From a virus (Duplodnaviria > Caudoviricetes): a stretch of DNA of 33,139 nt. The position numbers and the translations under genes were made by a program. Below the pieces are notes generated by a model that worked only from the letters and a program-made list of their open reading frames with translations, ran no database searches and was not told the DNA's origin. The stretch lies in IMG/VR virus record IMGVR_UViG_3300021960_000289, positions 1 through 33,139 of that record; one strand, 5' to 3'. This document shows, piece after piece, positions 25,374 through 33,139 of this stretch (position 1 is its first letter; each line of letters starts with the position of its first letter).

Positions 25374-27577
25374 TGTTTGGTTCTCTCTTTATAATTATTT
25401 CTAAAATCTTGAATATTGATAAGATACATTTTCCCTGAACCATTATCAAAATATTGATCTCTTCCACCTTCTCTTAAACCAACAGCAAAAATACCATCTC
25501 CAATACTTTGCAGAATTAAATTATTTTTTAAACGATCTATACCAATTACCTGACCGTTTTGCGCCATTGGTAATGCACCGACTGTTTTAATCCAATCTTC
25601 TGAAGAAGCATCTTTAAATAAGTCTTGAAGTTCAGAAGCATCTTCGCCATCAACCATAAAATTATTTGGAACAATGATTGGGCGATTATTAAAATATGCT
25701 ATTCCGCCATAAGTTTTACCTTTAACGGTAATTTGTCCCGCTGCGAGTTGAATAGCTTGAGCATATTTTTTGGTATCAAATTGCGTTCTGTTAGCAGCAA
25801 TGCTTTCATAAATAGCATCAGCAGTTGCCGAAATACTGGATTTAATACCAACAGGAAAAATACCAGTTGCAAATAAATTGTTTATTGCAGATGCTTTATC
25901 TGTTGACTCACCTGTAATTTTAGGAGCTTCTCCAGCATCAATAATACCCTGCCCTATTACTGCCGCTCTAACGGTACTGGGACCAGAACCAGCAACCATT
26001 AAACCGCCTATATGAGCAATTGTTGGGTCTTTCTCGCTAATCTGAGCAAAAACCTCTGGAGCTTGCGGGCCAGCAGATTCTGCTAGATTACCTATAAGTC
26101 TCATCCTTAATTCAACATCACCGTCTTTAAAGGCATTTGTAAAGCGCGTTACTTCATCGTCATTCAAATAACTGTACGGGCCTTCTATATTATTTTGACG
26201 ACTAAATGCCTTAACTTGAGAAATGCGTTGACCGAATTTATCGCCAAACTCATCTGGTTTAAGAACCAATGTTTCAGCAAGATTGATGTCTTCAATTCGA
26301 CCTATGAATTGTCCAGCACCAACAGGATCGCGCTTTAACTCTTCACGCATAAAGCTAAGACGTTTCTCAACCGCATTTAGTCGATCAATTTCTTCTGGTA
26401 TAGCTCCGTCTTTGCGAGCAGCAGCAGCATAACCTTTTCTCAATGCTTCAAGGTCTGGAATACCCATCCCATTTAATACTTTGTTAAAGTCAGCAGCAGT
26501 CTGTGTTTTTGCAAATTTTTTATCAAATTCGCTAACGTCTACACCAGCAGCAGCAAGTTTATCACGTTGTGCTAAAAATCTATTTGTTGTTGTCTCATCA
26601 GGAACATAACCTTGAGATACAGTTTTATCAGAAAACTTATTCCAATCACTTAAAAGGTCTTTGCCTTGGCTTTTAAGGTCATTTAACTCTGCTTTAATCT
26701 GAGACGCAAAAATAGATATTTTACGTTCAATAACATTGTCATCAAGACCTTCAACAAGAAAACCACCCTTCTCTTGTTGGCGTTGTAATTCAACAAGAAA
26801 TTTACGACGTTCATCCAAAGTCTCTAAGTCATCAAACGCACCATCAAGCCTTGCGCTATGAAACTTATTTCTTACATCTATTTCTTCTTTAGCAATATCT
26901 GCTGGAAGGTATCTCGCTCCTTCCATATAAGTCCGCAACATATCAATGTTTGCATTTAAAATGTCTTCTGAAACACCTTGACGACCAAGACGTTCAATCG
27001 TCCGTTTGTAATCAGCGACACCATAAGCAGCTTCTGCTCTACGTTGTGTATCTTGCGCTTTTAAATATTCGTTTGTTTGACTCAAATAATGCGAGTCACG
27101 AACAGAACCAAGAGTAGTTTTTAAACGTGCTTGAATTTCAGGCGATAAGATATTGAAACTACTGGAAAAACCATCAATTACATCATTTAAACGGGATGCA
27201 GTGTCTTCAGGGGTTAATTGCTCACGTTCAGCTTGAAGCGCAATTTCCTGCATTTGTAAGCGCGCTTTAGCCTCAACCTCAGAGCTAAGAGCCTTAGTAG
27301 CTGCTTGATATGCCGATTTTTCATAAATGGTCATTAAAGCAGGGTCTTGCCCTAATGATCTTTTAAGAACTTCTGTAGATTCTAATGCACCTTCTTGAGC
27401 GCCAGCAGCCGCTGCACTTTCACCAGCCCTCTCAAAAACAAATTGAGACATACGACCAATGGCATCAGATAAGCCTTGATAAACGCGAGCCTCTGCTTGT
27501 CCAGCAGAAACAAAGTCTACGCGCGGGGTAGCAAGACCTGTGCGTTGACGTTCAAAGCGAGGAAAACGTTCTGCCAT
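25370..27577 (-). CDS. Internal virion protein (gp15-equivalent position)
   Basis: 735 aa, helical; synteny. Confidence 0.7.
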   Translation of the reverse strand: MAERFPRFERQRTGLATPRVDFVSAGQAEARVYQGLSDAIGRMSQFVFERAGESAAAAGAQEGALESTEVLKRSLGQDPALMTIYEKSAYQAATKALSSEVEAKARLQMQEIALQAEREQLTPEDTASRLNDVIDGFSSSFNILSPEIQARLKTTLGSVRDSHYLSQTNEYLKAQDTQRRAEAAYGVADYKRTIERLGRQGVSEDILNANIDMLRTYMEGARYLPADIAKEEIDVRNKFHSARLDGAFDDLETLDERRKFLVELQRQQEKGGFLVEGLDDNVIERKISIFASQIKAELNDLKSQGKDLLSDWNKFSDKTVSQGYVPDETTTNRFLAQRDKLAAAGVDVSEFDKKFAKTQTAADFNKVLNGMGIPDLEALRKGYAAAARKDGAIPEEIDRLNAVEKRLSFMREELKRDPVGAGQFIGRIEDINLAETLVLKPDEFGDKFGQRISQVKAFSRQNNIEGPYSYLNDDEVTRFTNAFKDGDVELRMRLIGNLAESAGPQAPEVFAQISEKDPTIAHIGGLMVAGSGPSTVRAAVIGQGIIDAGEAPKITGESTDKASAINNLFATGIFPVGIKSSISATADAIYESIAANRTQFDTKKYAQAIQLAAGQITVKGKTYGGIAYFNNRPIIVPNNFMVDGEDASELQDLFKDASSEDWIKTVGALPMAQNGQVIGIDRLKNNLILQSIGDGIFAVGLREGGRDQYFDNGSGKMYLINIQDFRNNYKERTKQ

Positions 27578-27585
27578 TTTTTACC

Positions 27586-28092
27586 TCACGTCCAAGCGGC
27601 CATTTCGCCGCCATAGTTACCCATACCACCACCGCCCGGCGCACCACCTGTCATACCAGCAGATAATGCAGCCGATCCTAATGTACCAACAGCTTTAAAT
27701 ATTCCAGCTTGATAAGCACTTTTTGATTGCCGCATCAATTGCTGCGCCCGTATTAAACCGCCCTCACGAGCAACAATCTCATTGTCTTTAGACACATAAA
27801 TTTCATTAGCGCCCTCAGCTATTGCATAATCCTGCATAGCTAAAGCACTACCTGAGAATGGATCAATTGAACCAGCACCTGCACGAGCATTTATTGTTGC
27901 CTGAGTACGCAATACGCGATCCATAGTTGCAACAGCTTGTTCTCTATACTTTAGAGCTTCACCGCGTCCTTGAAGTTGTTCCATAGCGGCTTGACGAGCA
28001 AGACCTTTAGCCTGCGCTCGTCCGGCTTGATATTGCCCAAATGCCGAAGCGGCTTGGAGACCAACGGCTATAATTGGTAGTGCAGCAGCCAT
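27586..28092 (-). CDS. Internal virion protein (T7 gp14-like)
   Basis: Ala/Gly/Gln-rich with hydrophobic ends, AGAGSIDPFSGSAL; follows tail tubular B. Confidence 0.75.
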   Translation of the reverse strand: MAAALPIIAVGLQAASAFGQYQAGRAQAKGLARQAAMEQLQGRGEALKYREQAVATMDRVLRTQATINARAGAGSIDPFSGSALAMQDYAIAEGANEIYVSKDNEIVAREGGLIRAQQLMRQSKSAYQAGIFKAVGTLGSAALSAGMTGGAPGGGGMGNYGGEMAAWT

Positions 28093-28093
28093 C

Positions 28094-30301
28094 TTATTGC
28101 CCCGCGCTTAGTTTGTAGTCGATACCTAATACAGTCATTTTAAGCGGAACCGATTGCCCAATAGTTATTTGACCTTCATAAGTATAACCCAATATACCAT
28201 GCAATGTCTTGATGCCAGTAAACGCTGGAACAGCCGAGTCTAATATTGCCCCATCAAGACGACGAAATGCAATCTCTTTACCACCAATGGTCATAGACTG
28301 AGTGTCGTAAACTTCTGCATTTACCTCAAAGATACGCTTCTTAAATCCGCGCAATGGACCGCTTTGTAATCCCGGCTCAACAGGAAGCGTTTTAATTTCG
28401 GTGTTGAAGTTTAACCCAACCTGATAGCTCGAAGTCGCCGCTTGAGCGAACGTAATCGTGTACGGAGACGCTGGTACAACCTGTACAGCTTCAACAATAC
28501 CGTCTCGTACAATCTGGACAGTTTCTCCTTGGAGGTGATCCATAGTGACTGAAGCAGCCGCTCCGCCCGATTTAGCAGAATCAACAAAGATTTCATCGTC
28601 AAATAACTCCACGAGATAAACATCTGAACCATTTATGGTTCGTTTCACCACGACATAGATTAAATCAATATCGACACCGACATTGATAAACTCGCCATCA
28701 GTAGTCCATTCAGACGGCGCAATAACGTTCTGTGACCGCAGTAATGTATAGCAAGCCATAGACCCGTCATCGCCATTTACGATTAAAAGACGGTCGCCTT
28801 CATCGGTACTTGTTGAAACGCGCGTTGCCATTTCTTCTGGAGATTTTAGCAAATGCGATGAAAGCAAAGATATTTTAGCTGATGCGTAAGCGTTCTGAAC
28901 ATCAGTATATAGAAAGTCCTGTAACGCCTTACCTTGTCTTTGAATGAAAAGCGTAGCACCATCAATGTTTTGCAATCGAATACCCGGCTTCATACCATAA
29001 GCTGATTGCTGCTTAACAATCAAATTAGTAGGCGTGATCGGCGTATCCAATGATTGAGGTACATAAAACTCAGCGCCCGTTGTAAACACCTGCAAGTGAC
29101 GACCAGCATAAATGTCTACAATCGCGTTGAATGTTCCAGTATCAAGCGTGGCTTCAACGGCATCATCATCCAATCCTTCATTTGGACTGAAGTCAAAAAA
29201 CGATGATACGCGAGAACCCCAGATTGTAGATGGGCGAGACTTACTTCCACCAAAGAATAAACGGCCTTCATGGAAGGTAACGCTACGTGGCCAACCACGA
29301 GAAGCAGACCATGTTGGCTCATAACCATGTTCCGTTACATAGTCACCAGCATCTATCTGGCTGTTGTCAAAGAACGGAACTTCAGTAAATGCTTTAACTT
29401 CTGTGTCGCTAACAAATTCAATAACACGCGCACGACCGAAACCATTGTTTGCTACAACGTATTCATCAACCATTGCAGAGCCAAATGGCTCTACTTTGTA
29501 ACTAGTTGTAGCATCTGGGGCTGTATCCCAATCTGGATTAACAGTTAATACTTTTGTTGAAGCAACATAATCCTCAACATGCCGTACTTGGCCTGCACCA
29601 GTACCAGATGTCAGCGTGATGAACATACCGTTAGGCTGATCATCGCTAGTGAAGCTACTAGCAGCCTTGAGTGTGATTGTACTAGATGTTCCGGCTTGTG
29701 CTGTGCCAGTGTCTGTAGTCGCACCAGAAGCGGTCAGAGTGATATTACCGCTGGCTGCACTAGGTGTGATGTCATACGTTGTAACATGCGTATCAAGGTC
29801 AAACGCATATCTAGCAATATAGTCAAAGACAATCGTGCTTACAGTCCAAGTAGCATCGGTTGCACCGCGAACAATCTTTATAGGCTCAAGGTCTTCGTGA
29901 ACTATAATTACAGTATCAGCGGATTGCACCCAATTCATTTCTGGTAAAATGGCAGCAGTCAATGCAGATACGGTAGCGTAATCGTTACCAGAACCATTGA
30001 TATTCGTAATCTGCACACCGTCTTTAAAGACGTACATTCTACCCGGTGTGAAGATAAGCATATAGCTGTCAGACACGCTAAACTCAAACGACACCATGCG
30101 AACAGCGTTAGCTGCACCAGCATCTAGCGTGGTTATATATTTCGTTCCGGGCCTGCGAGTAGCACCACCCTGCGGTTGAATAGAAACATTTTGAGCAGTC
30201 GTAAGGCCAGATTGATACTGGGCAATATCAGTCCTTGCGCGCAGACGTGGGTCTAGCACTCCAGACGTGAAATTGTTTTGCATACGAATAACACGGCTCA
30301 T
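28094..30301 (-). CDS. Tail tubular protein B / nozzle
   Basis: NFTSGVLDPRLRARTD...QGGATRRPGT...WPRSVTFHEGRLFFGG...IWGSR. Confidence 0.9.
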   Translation of the reverse strand: MSRVIRMQNNFTSGVLDPRLRARTDIAQYQSGLTTAQNVSIQPQGGATRRPGTKYITTLDAGAANAVRMVSFEFSVSDSYMLIFTPGRMYVFKDGVQITNINGSGNDYATVSALTAAILPEMNWVQSADTVIIVHEDLEPIKIVRGATDATWTVSTIVFDYIARYAFDLDTHVTTYDITPSAASGNITLTASGATTDTGTAQAGTSSTITLKAASSFTSDDQPNGMFITLTSGTGAGQVRHVEDYVASTKVLTVNPDWDTAPDATTSYKVEPFGSAMVDEYVVANNGFGRARVIEFVSDTEVKAFTEVPFFDNSQIDAGDYVTEHGYEPTWSASRGWPRSVTFHEGRLFFGGSKSRPSTIWGSRVSSFFDFSPNEGLDDDAVEATLDTGTFNAIVDIYAGRHLQVFTTGAEFYVPQSLDTPITPTNLIVKQQSAYGMKPGIRLQNIDGATLFIQRQGKALQDFLYTDVQNAYASAKISLLSSHLLKSPEEMATRVSTSTDEGDRLLIVNGDDGSMACYTLLRSQNVIAPSEWTTDGEFINVGVDIDLIYVVVKRTINGSDVYLVELFDDEIFVDSAKSGGAAASVTMDHLQGETVQIVRDGIVEAVQVVPASPYTITFAQAATSSYQVGLNFNTEIKTLPVEPGLQSGPLRGFKKRIFEVNAEVYDTQSMTIGGKEIAFRRLDGAILDSAVPAFTGIKTLHGILGYTYEGQITIGQSVPLKMTVLGIDYKLSAGQ

Positions 30302-30912
30302 CCACGAATATCCGTTAATGGGAAGTCCATAATATTCTGCGGCGGACGATCAACACCATCAATATTCATTGACACACGCACCAATCCGCCACGCATGTTT
30401 TCAGAAGGCGCGCCATAAGCGAGACGATGGTAATAATCGCCTTTTTGTATTTGATCCGTAATCGGTTCAGCAAATGATGCAGCTAGTGCATGTTTGAGAA
30501 GATTAACGAAATACGGCGGAAAAAAGGCAGGTTCTGGACGATACTGATAATCAATCCAAACGTCTTCATAATTCGTATAAATGTCAGTGCCGTATATCTC
30601 AAAGTCACGCGCTGGTAAAGAACCAACGGAGCCAGTGATGAAAAGAGCTTTAGGATTGCCAAGGATATCACCGGGCAAAGTGTAGCGGTATTTCCATTCG
30701 TTAATCGGAGTATCGACAAGACGAGCTAACTTAACCTTCTTGATCGACCACGAATATGGATACTGCATAATCAAGGTATCGCGGATATCGTCATATAAAC
30801 GATCCGCAACTTGTGCTTCATCTGTTCCTTCAGAAAAAGAAGAAATAGCGGACGCACCTAGCATAATCATGGCGTCCGAACAGATAGTTAGTTTGGTATC
30901 CCCAGAAGCCAT
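30298..30912 (-). CDS. Tail tubular protein A / adaptor
   Basis: ICSDAMIMLGASAISSFSEGT...YPYSWS...YTLPGD...FPPYF. Confidence 0.9.
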   Translation of the reverse strand: MASGDTKLTICSDAMIMLGASAISSFSEGTDEAQVADRLYDDIRDTLIMQYPYSWSIKKVKLARLVDTPINEWKYRYTLPGDILGNPKALFITGSVGSLPARDFEIYGTDIYTNYEDVWIDYQYRPEPAFFPPYFVNLLKHALAASFAEPITDQIQKGDYYHRLAYGAPSENMRGGLVRVSMNIDGVDRPPQNIMDFPLTDIRG

Positions 30913-30924
30913 TTTTTACTCCGC

Positions 30925-30953
30925 AAGAAAAGGGGTGAGCCGAAGCCCACCCC
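30925..30953 (-). terminator. Intrinsic terminator after the capsid and decoration genes
   Basis: Minus strand GGGGTGGGC-TTCG-GCTCACCCC-TTTTCTT. Confidence 0.85.
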
Positions 30954-30960
30954 AATCCTA

Positions 30961-31239
30961 TTAGTCGCCGTCGGTTGCGGCAAGTGTCGTACCGTCAGCA
31001 ACGTCAACAACACCACCTGTGTTCGAGAGAACTTGGGTAAGTGTGCTAACGCGAGTGCCTCCGGTAGAGGTTACACAATAGATCAAATCGCCCACTGCAA
31101 GAGTGTCCGATAAGCTATTGAAATAACCTTCGGTATTTACGTCGGCAATCGCATCAGCGGTCTGATAGGTGTAGATGCTAGGAGCATTACCCTTTTTAGA
31201 AGCTGAAACGACACCGAGGCCAGCAGCATCAAAAGCCAT
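30961..31239 (-). CDS. Probable capsid decoration protein
   Basis: 92 aa right after the MCP and before the terminator; YTYQTADAIADVNTEGYFN...LAVGDLI. Confidence 0.7.
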   Translation of the reverse strand: MAFDAAGLGVVSASKKGNAPSIYTYQTADAIADVNTEGYFNSLSDTLAVGDLIYCVTSTGGTRVSTLTQVLSNTGGVVDVADGTTLAATDGD

Positions 31240-31251
31240 GATTTAGCCTCC

Positions 31252-32085
31252 TTATTCAGTGCTGGAGATTTTGACGATACCGTCGTCGTCGATTGCAATG
31301 GCTCCAGCGGAGAACATTGAAGCGACTAAGAAGGATGTCTTCTCTGGCACATAGTTAATTTCAGACTTTTGGTTCATGCTGATGCCAAGGCCAACCGCAT
31401 CGCGGTGGAAGGCAAAGCTGGTGCGGGTTGATGGAAGTGGCAAGCCACCTTCATCACGATCACCAAGCATGATGAACTTGAAGCCAAGGAATGTGTCGAT
31501 TTCACCCATCGACAGAGCCTTCACAGTAGCGAAGTCGCTGCTGGTAAGTTCAGTTTCGTCAAGCAATGCAGCCAGACCATTAGCATGGATAATCATGCAA
31601 CGACCTTCAGCAGGAACGTTTTTGGCGTCCAGAGCTTTTTTAGCAGCAAGTAACTTGGCGAGGTTGAGGTTAGTACCAGCACCACCGACTGAAGTTGCAA
31701 CGGTGGCTGCGCCAGACGAAGCATTCAGTGCGTCAATGACAAGCTGATCCATGCGACGGCCAATGGCATTGCCAACGACCTGCACGAGCTCACGACGCTC
31801 GTCAAAGTTTACTTTCGCTTGATGGAAGATATCGCTGTATTCCGCAGCAATATAATCCGACATAGAAGCTGTCACCTGTGAATAGGAGACATTTAGAGGA
31901 GTCACGTCCGATTGTGGAACGCGAATAGTTGCAGTGCCTTTCCCAATTTTAGGGAACTTCACCTGATTGCCCTCGACGTTTGTTCGCTCGCGCGTCACGC
32001 CTGCAAGCGCACGAGACGCTTGGTATGCCTGCTTGACTTCTGCATCGAACAACTGAACGAAGGCGTTAGAAATGCCAACAGCCAT
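31252..32085 (-). CDS. Major capsid protein
   Basis: AFVQLFDAEVKQAYQ...VKFPKIG...AIGRRMDQLVIDAL...TSSDF...GEIDTFLGFKFI; follows the scaffold gene. Confidence 0.93.
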   Translation of the reverse strand: MAVGISNAFVQLFDAEVKQAYQASRALAGVTRERTNVEGNQVKFPKIGKGTATIRVPQSDVTPLNVSYSQVTASMSDYIAAEYSDIFHQAKVNFDERRELVQVVGNAIGRRMDQLVIDALNASSGAATVATSVGGAGTNLNLAKLLAAKKALDAKNVPAEGRCMIIHANGLAALLDETELTSSDFATVKALSMGEIDTFLGFKFIMLGDRDEGGLPLPSTRTSFAFHRDAVGLGISMNQKSEINYVPEKTSFLVASMFSAGAIAIDDDGIVKISSTE

Positions 32086-32121
32086 TTCCAGTTCCTTTCG
32101 CTAGAACAGTTATCAAAGTAA

Positions 32122-32218
32122 TCGCGTGCAGGTATCCGTGAGGGCTGCGAGCTTGAACGATTTAACGCCACGTCCCAAGGCGGGTCTGACGGGCCAATAA
32201 TGGGTATCCGTCAGACCC
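32122..32218 (-). ncRNA. Putative structured 5' leader of the capsid mRNA
   Basis: Two hairpins carrying the same GGAUACC/GCCC internal loop; 11-bp stem GGGTCTGACGG/CCGTCAGACCC. Confidence 0.55.
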
Positions 32219-32247
32219 AATATAAAAAACTAATTGTTAGTTGTAAA
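32219..32247 (-). promoter_or_regulatory. Putative sigma70 promoter for the capsid gene
   Basis: TTTACA-N17-TATATT on the minus strand; inverted repeat AACTAA-TTG-TTAGTT in the spacer. Confidence 0.55.
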
Positions 32248-32276
32248 CAAGTAACAGTGTTGTATTTTTGCAACAC

Positions 32277-33086
32277 TTATATTGGTCGATAAGGTTCACC
32301 TCCATACATCTTCTCGAACATCCGTTCTACCTTTGCACGATATGCTGGATCAGTATTGTATTCAGGACGACCAACCATAGCTGTTAGTTCCTCACGGCTC
32401 GGTCCATCTTCGATGGTAGAGACATCCACAGGAACAGTTTGATCGCCATAGTAAGCGCGTATCTTTTGAAGAGCGCGAATACCATCAGCAGTTCCGCCCA
32501 TGATTTTGAACTCTTCAAAGTCATTCTCGCCCCAAACACCTTTACGAACTAGGCTTTGCGCCCAATCCGTCATAGATTTAATGGTGGCGTCAGCATTTGG
32601 ACCGAGTTTCTTATACTCTTCTTGATACGATAACTGGGCTTGTTGAGCCTCGCTACCAGACATATCAAGAAACTTTTGAGCTAACTCGTCAAAAGCAGAC
32701 TGACTAATACCATTCTCTTTGGCCCATTCCTTGTAGGTTACAAAGAGTTCGTCGTCTTGGGGTATATTTGCGCTCGTAAAAACTGAATCATCATACGCTT
32801 CGGGAGCTTTGTGTTTTCCTTGCGAAAACTTTTTCTGAAGTTCGTTATAGGATTTAACGAGGTTTTCAAGGTCTGGACCTTCGTCGTCGTTCCAAAACTT
32901 CGCTGGATACCAATCTGGTTTAACAAACTCAGTCTCCTCGTCTTCTGAAGCAACGGTGACTTCATCAACCGATTTTGCCTCAGATGGGGAAACCCCTTCA
33001 AGATGGGAGATACTTACTTCCTGCTCTTGCTGGTTATCGTCGCTCTCGACTGAGGCTTCGGCCAGCAAGCCTTCGGTTGCGTTCAT
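32277..33086 (-). CDS. Capsid assembly/scaffolding protein
   Basis: Acidic N-terminus, KPDWYPAKFW...LVKSYNELQKK...DPAYRAKVE (T7 gp9-like); upstream of the MCP. Confidence 0.85.
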   Translation of the reverse strand: MNATEGLLAEASVESDDNQQEQEVSISHLEGVSPSEAKSVDEVTVASEDEETEFVKPDWYPAKFWNDDEGPDLENLVKSYNELQKKFSQGKHKAPEAYDDSVFTSANIPQDDELFVTYKEWAKENGISQSAFDELAQKFLDMSGSEAQQAQLSYQEEYKKLGPNADATIKSMTDWAQSLVRKGVWGENDFEEFKIMGGTADGIRALQKIRAYYGDQTVPVDVSTIEDGPSREELTAMVGRPEYNTDPAYRAKVERMFEKMYGGEPYRPI

Positions 33087-33139
33087 AATTTGGATGCCCT
33101 TCTAATTCGCCGCTCTATTTCGCGGACTAGTGAGTTTTG
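33083..33139 (-). CDS. C-terminal fragment of the small gene between portal and scaffold
   Basis: QNSLVREIERRIRRASKL*, ATGA overlap with the scaffold start; runs off the window. Confidence 0.6.
   Translation of the reverse strand, partial: QNSLVREIERRIRRASKL

Noticed and set aside
32086-32276. tRNA or known riboswitch
   Set aside because: No cloverleaf or T-loop, and no riboswitch consensus that I can recognise
1-33139. Stop-codon reassignment
   Set aside because: Standard-code ORFs tile the window densely, and TAA, TAG and TGA all terminate genes

Overview
This window is an almost complete (~33 kb) short-tailed dsDNA phage genome or prophage, cut inside the portal gene at the left end and inside the gene before the scaffold gene at the right end. 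The virion module on the minus strand is T7/BPP-1-like. In order it has scaffold, major capsid, decoration, tail tubular A and B, internal virion proteins, three tail fibre/spike proteins, lysis genes, terminases and portal. I see no RNA polymerase, DNA polymerase, CI-type repressor or tyrosine integrase. Replication appears to rest on a TOPRIM/AAA primase-helicase, an SSB-like protein, nucleases and an HTH protein. Two small plus-strand early cassettes carry a Cys-rich protein plus a membrane peptide, and a serine recombinase plus a YqaJ nuclease. The style resembles marine proteobacterial podoviruses, which is an inference. The most striking unannotated element is a self-contained ~75-nt small RNA gene at ~3283-3357, hidden on the opposite strand between terL and a GNAT gene, with its own sigma70 promoter and intrinsic terminator. 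Its hairpin loop and single-stranded linker are complementary to the start codons and/or Shine-Dalgarno leaders of the primase-helicase and four of the five plus-strand early genes. This is a candidate multi-target antisense-RNA lysogeny, immunity or timing switch. Other notable items are a structured leader with a repeated internal-loop motif before the capsid gene, overlapping divergent promoters, a candidate origin and pac region, and a CAG/CTG-depleted early cassette.
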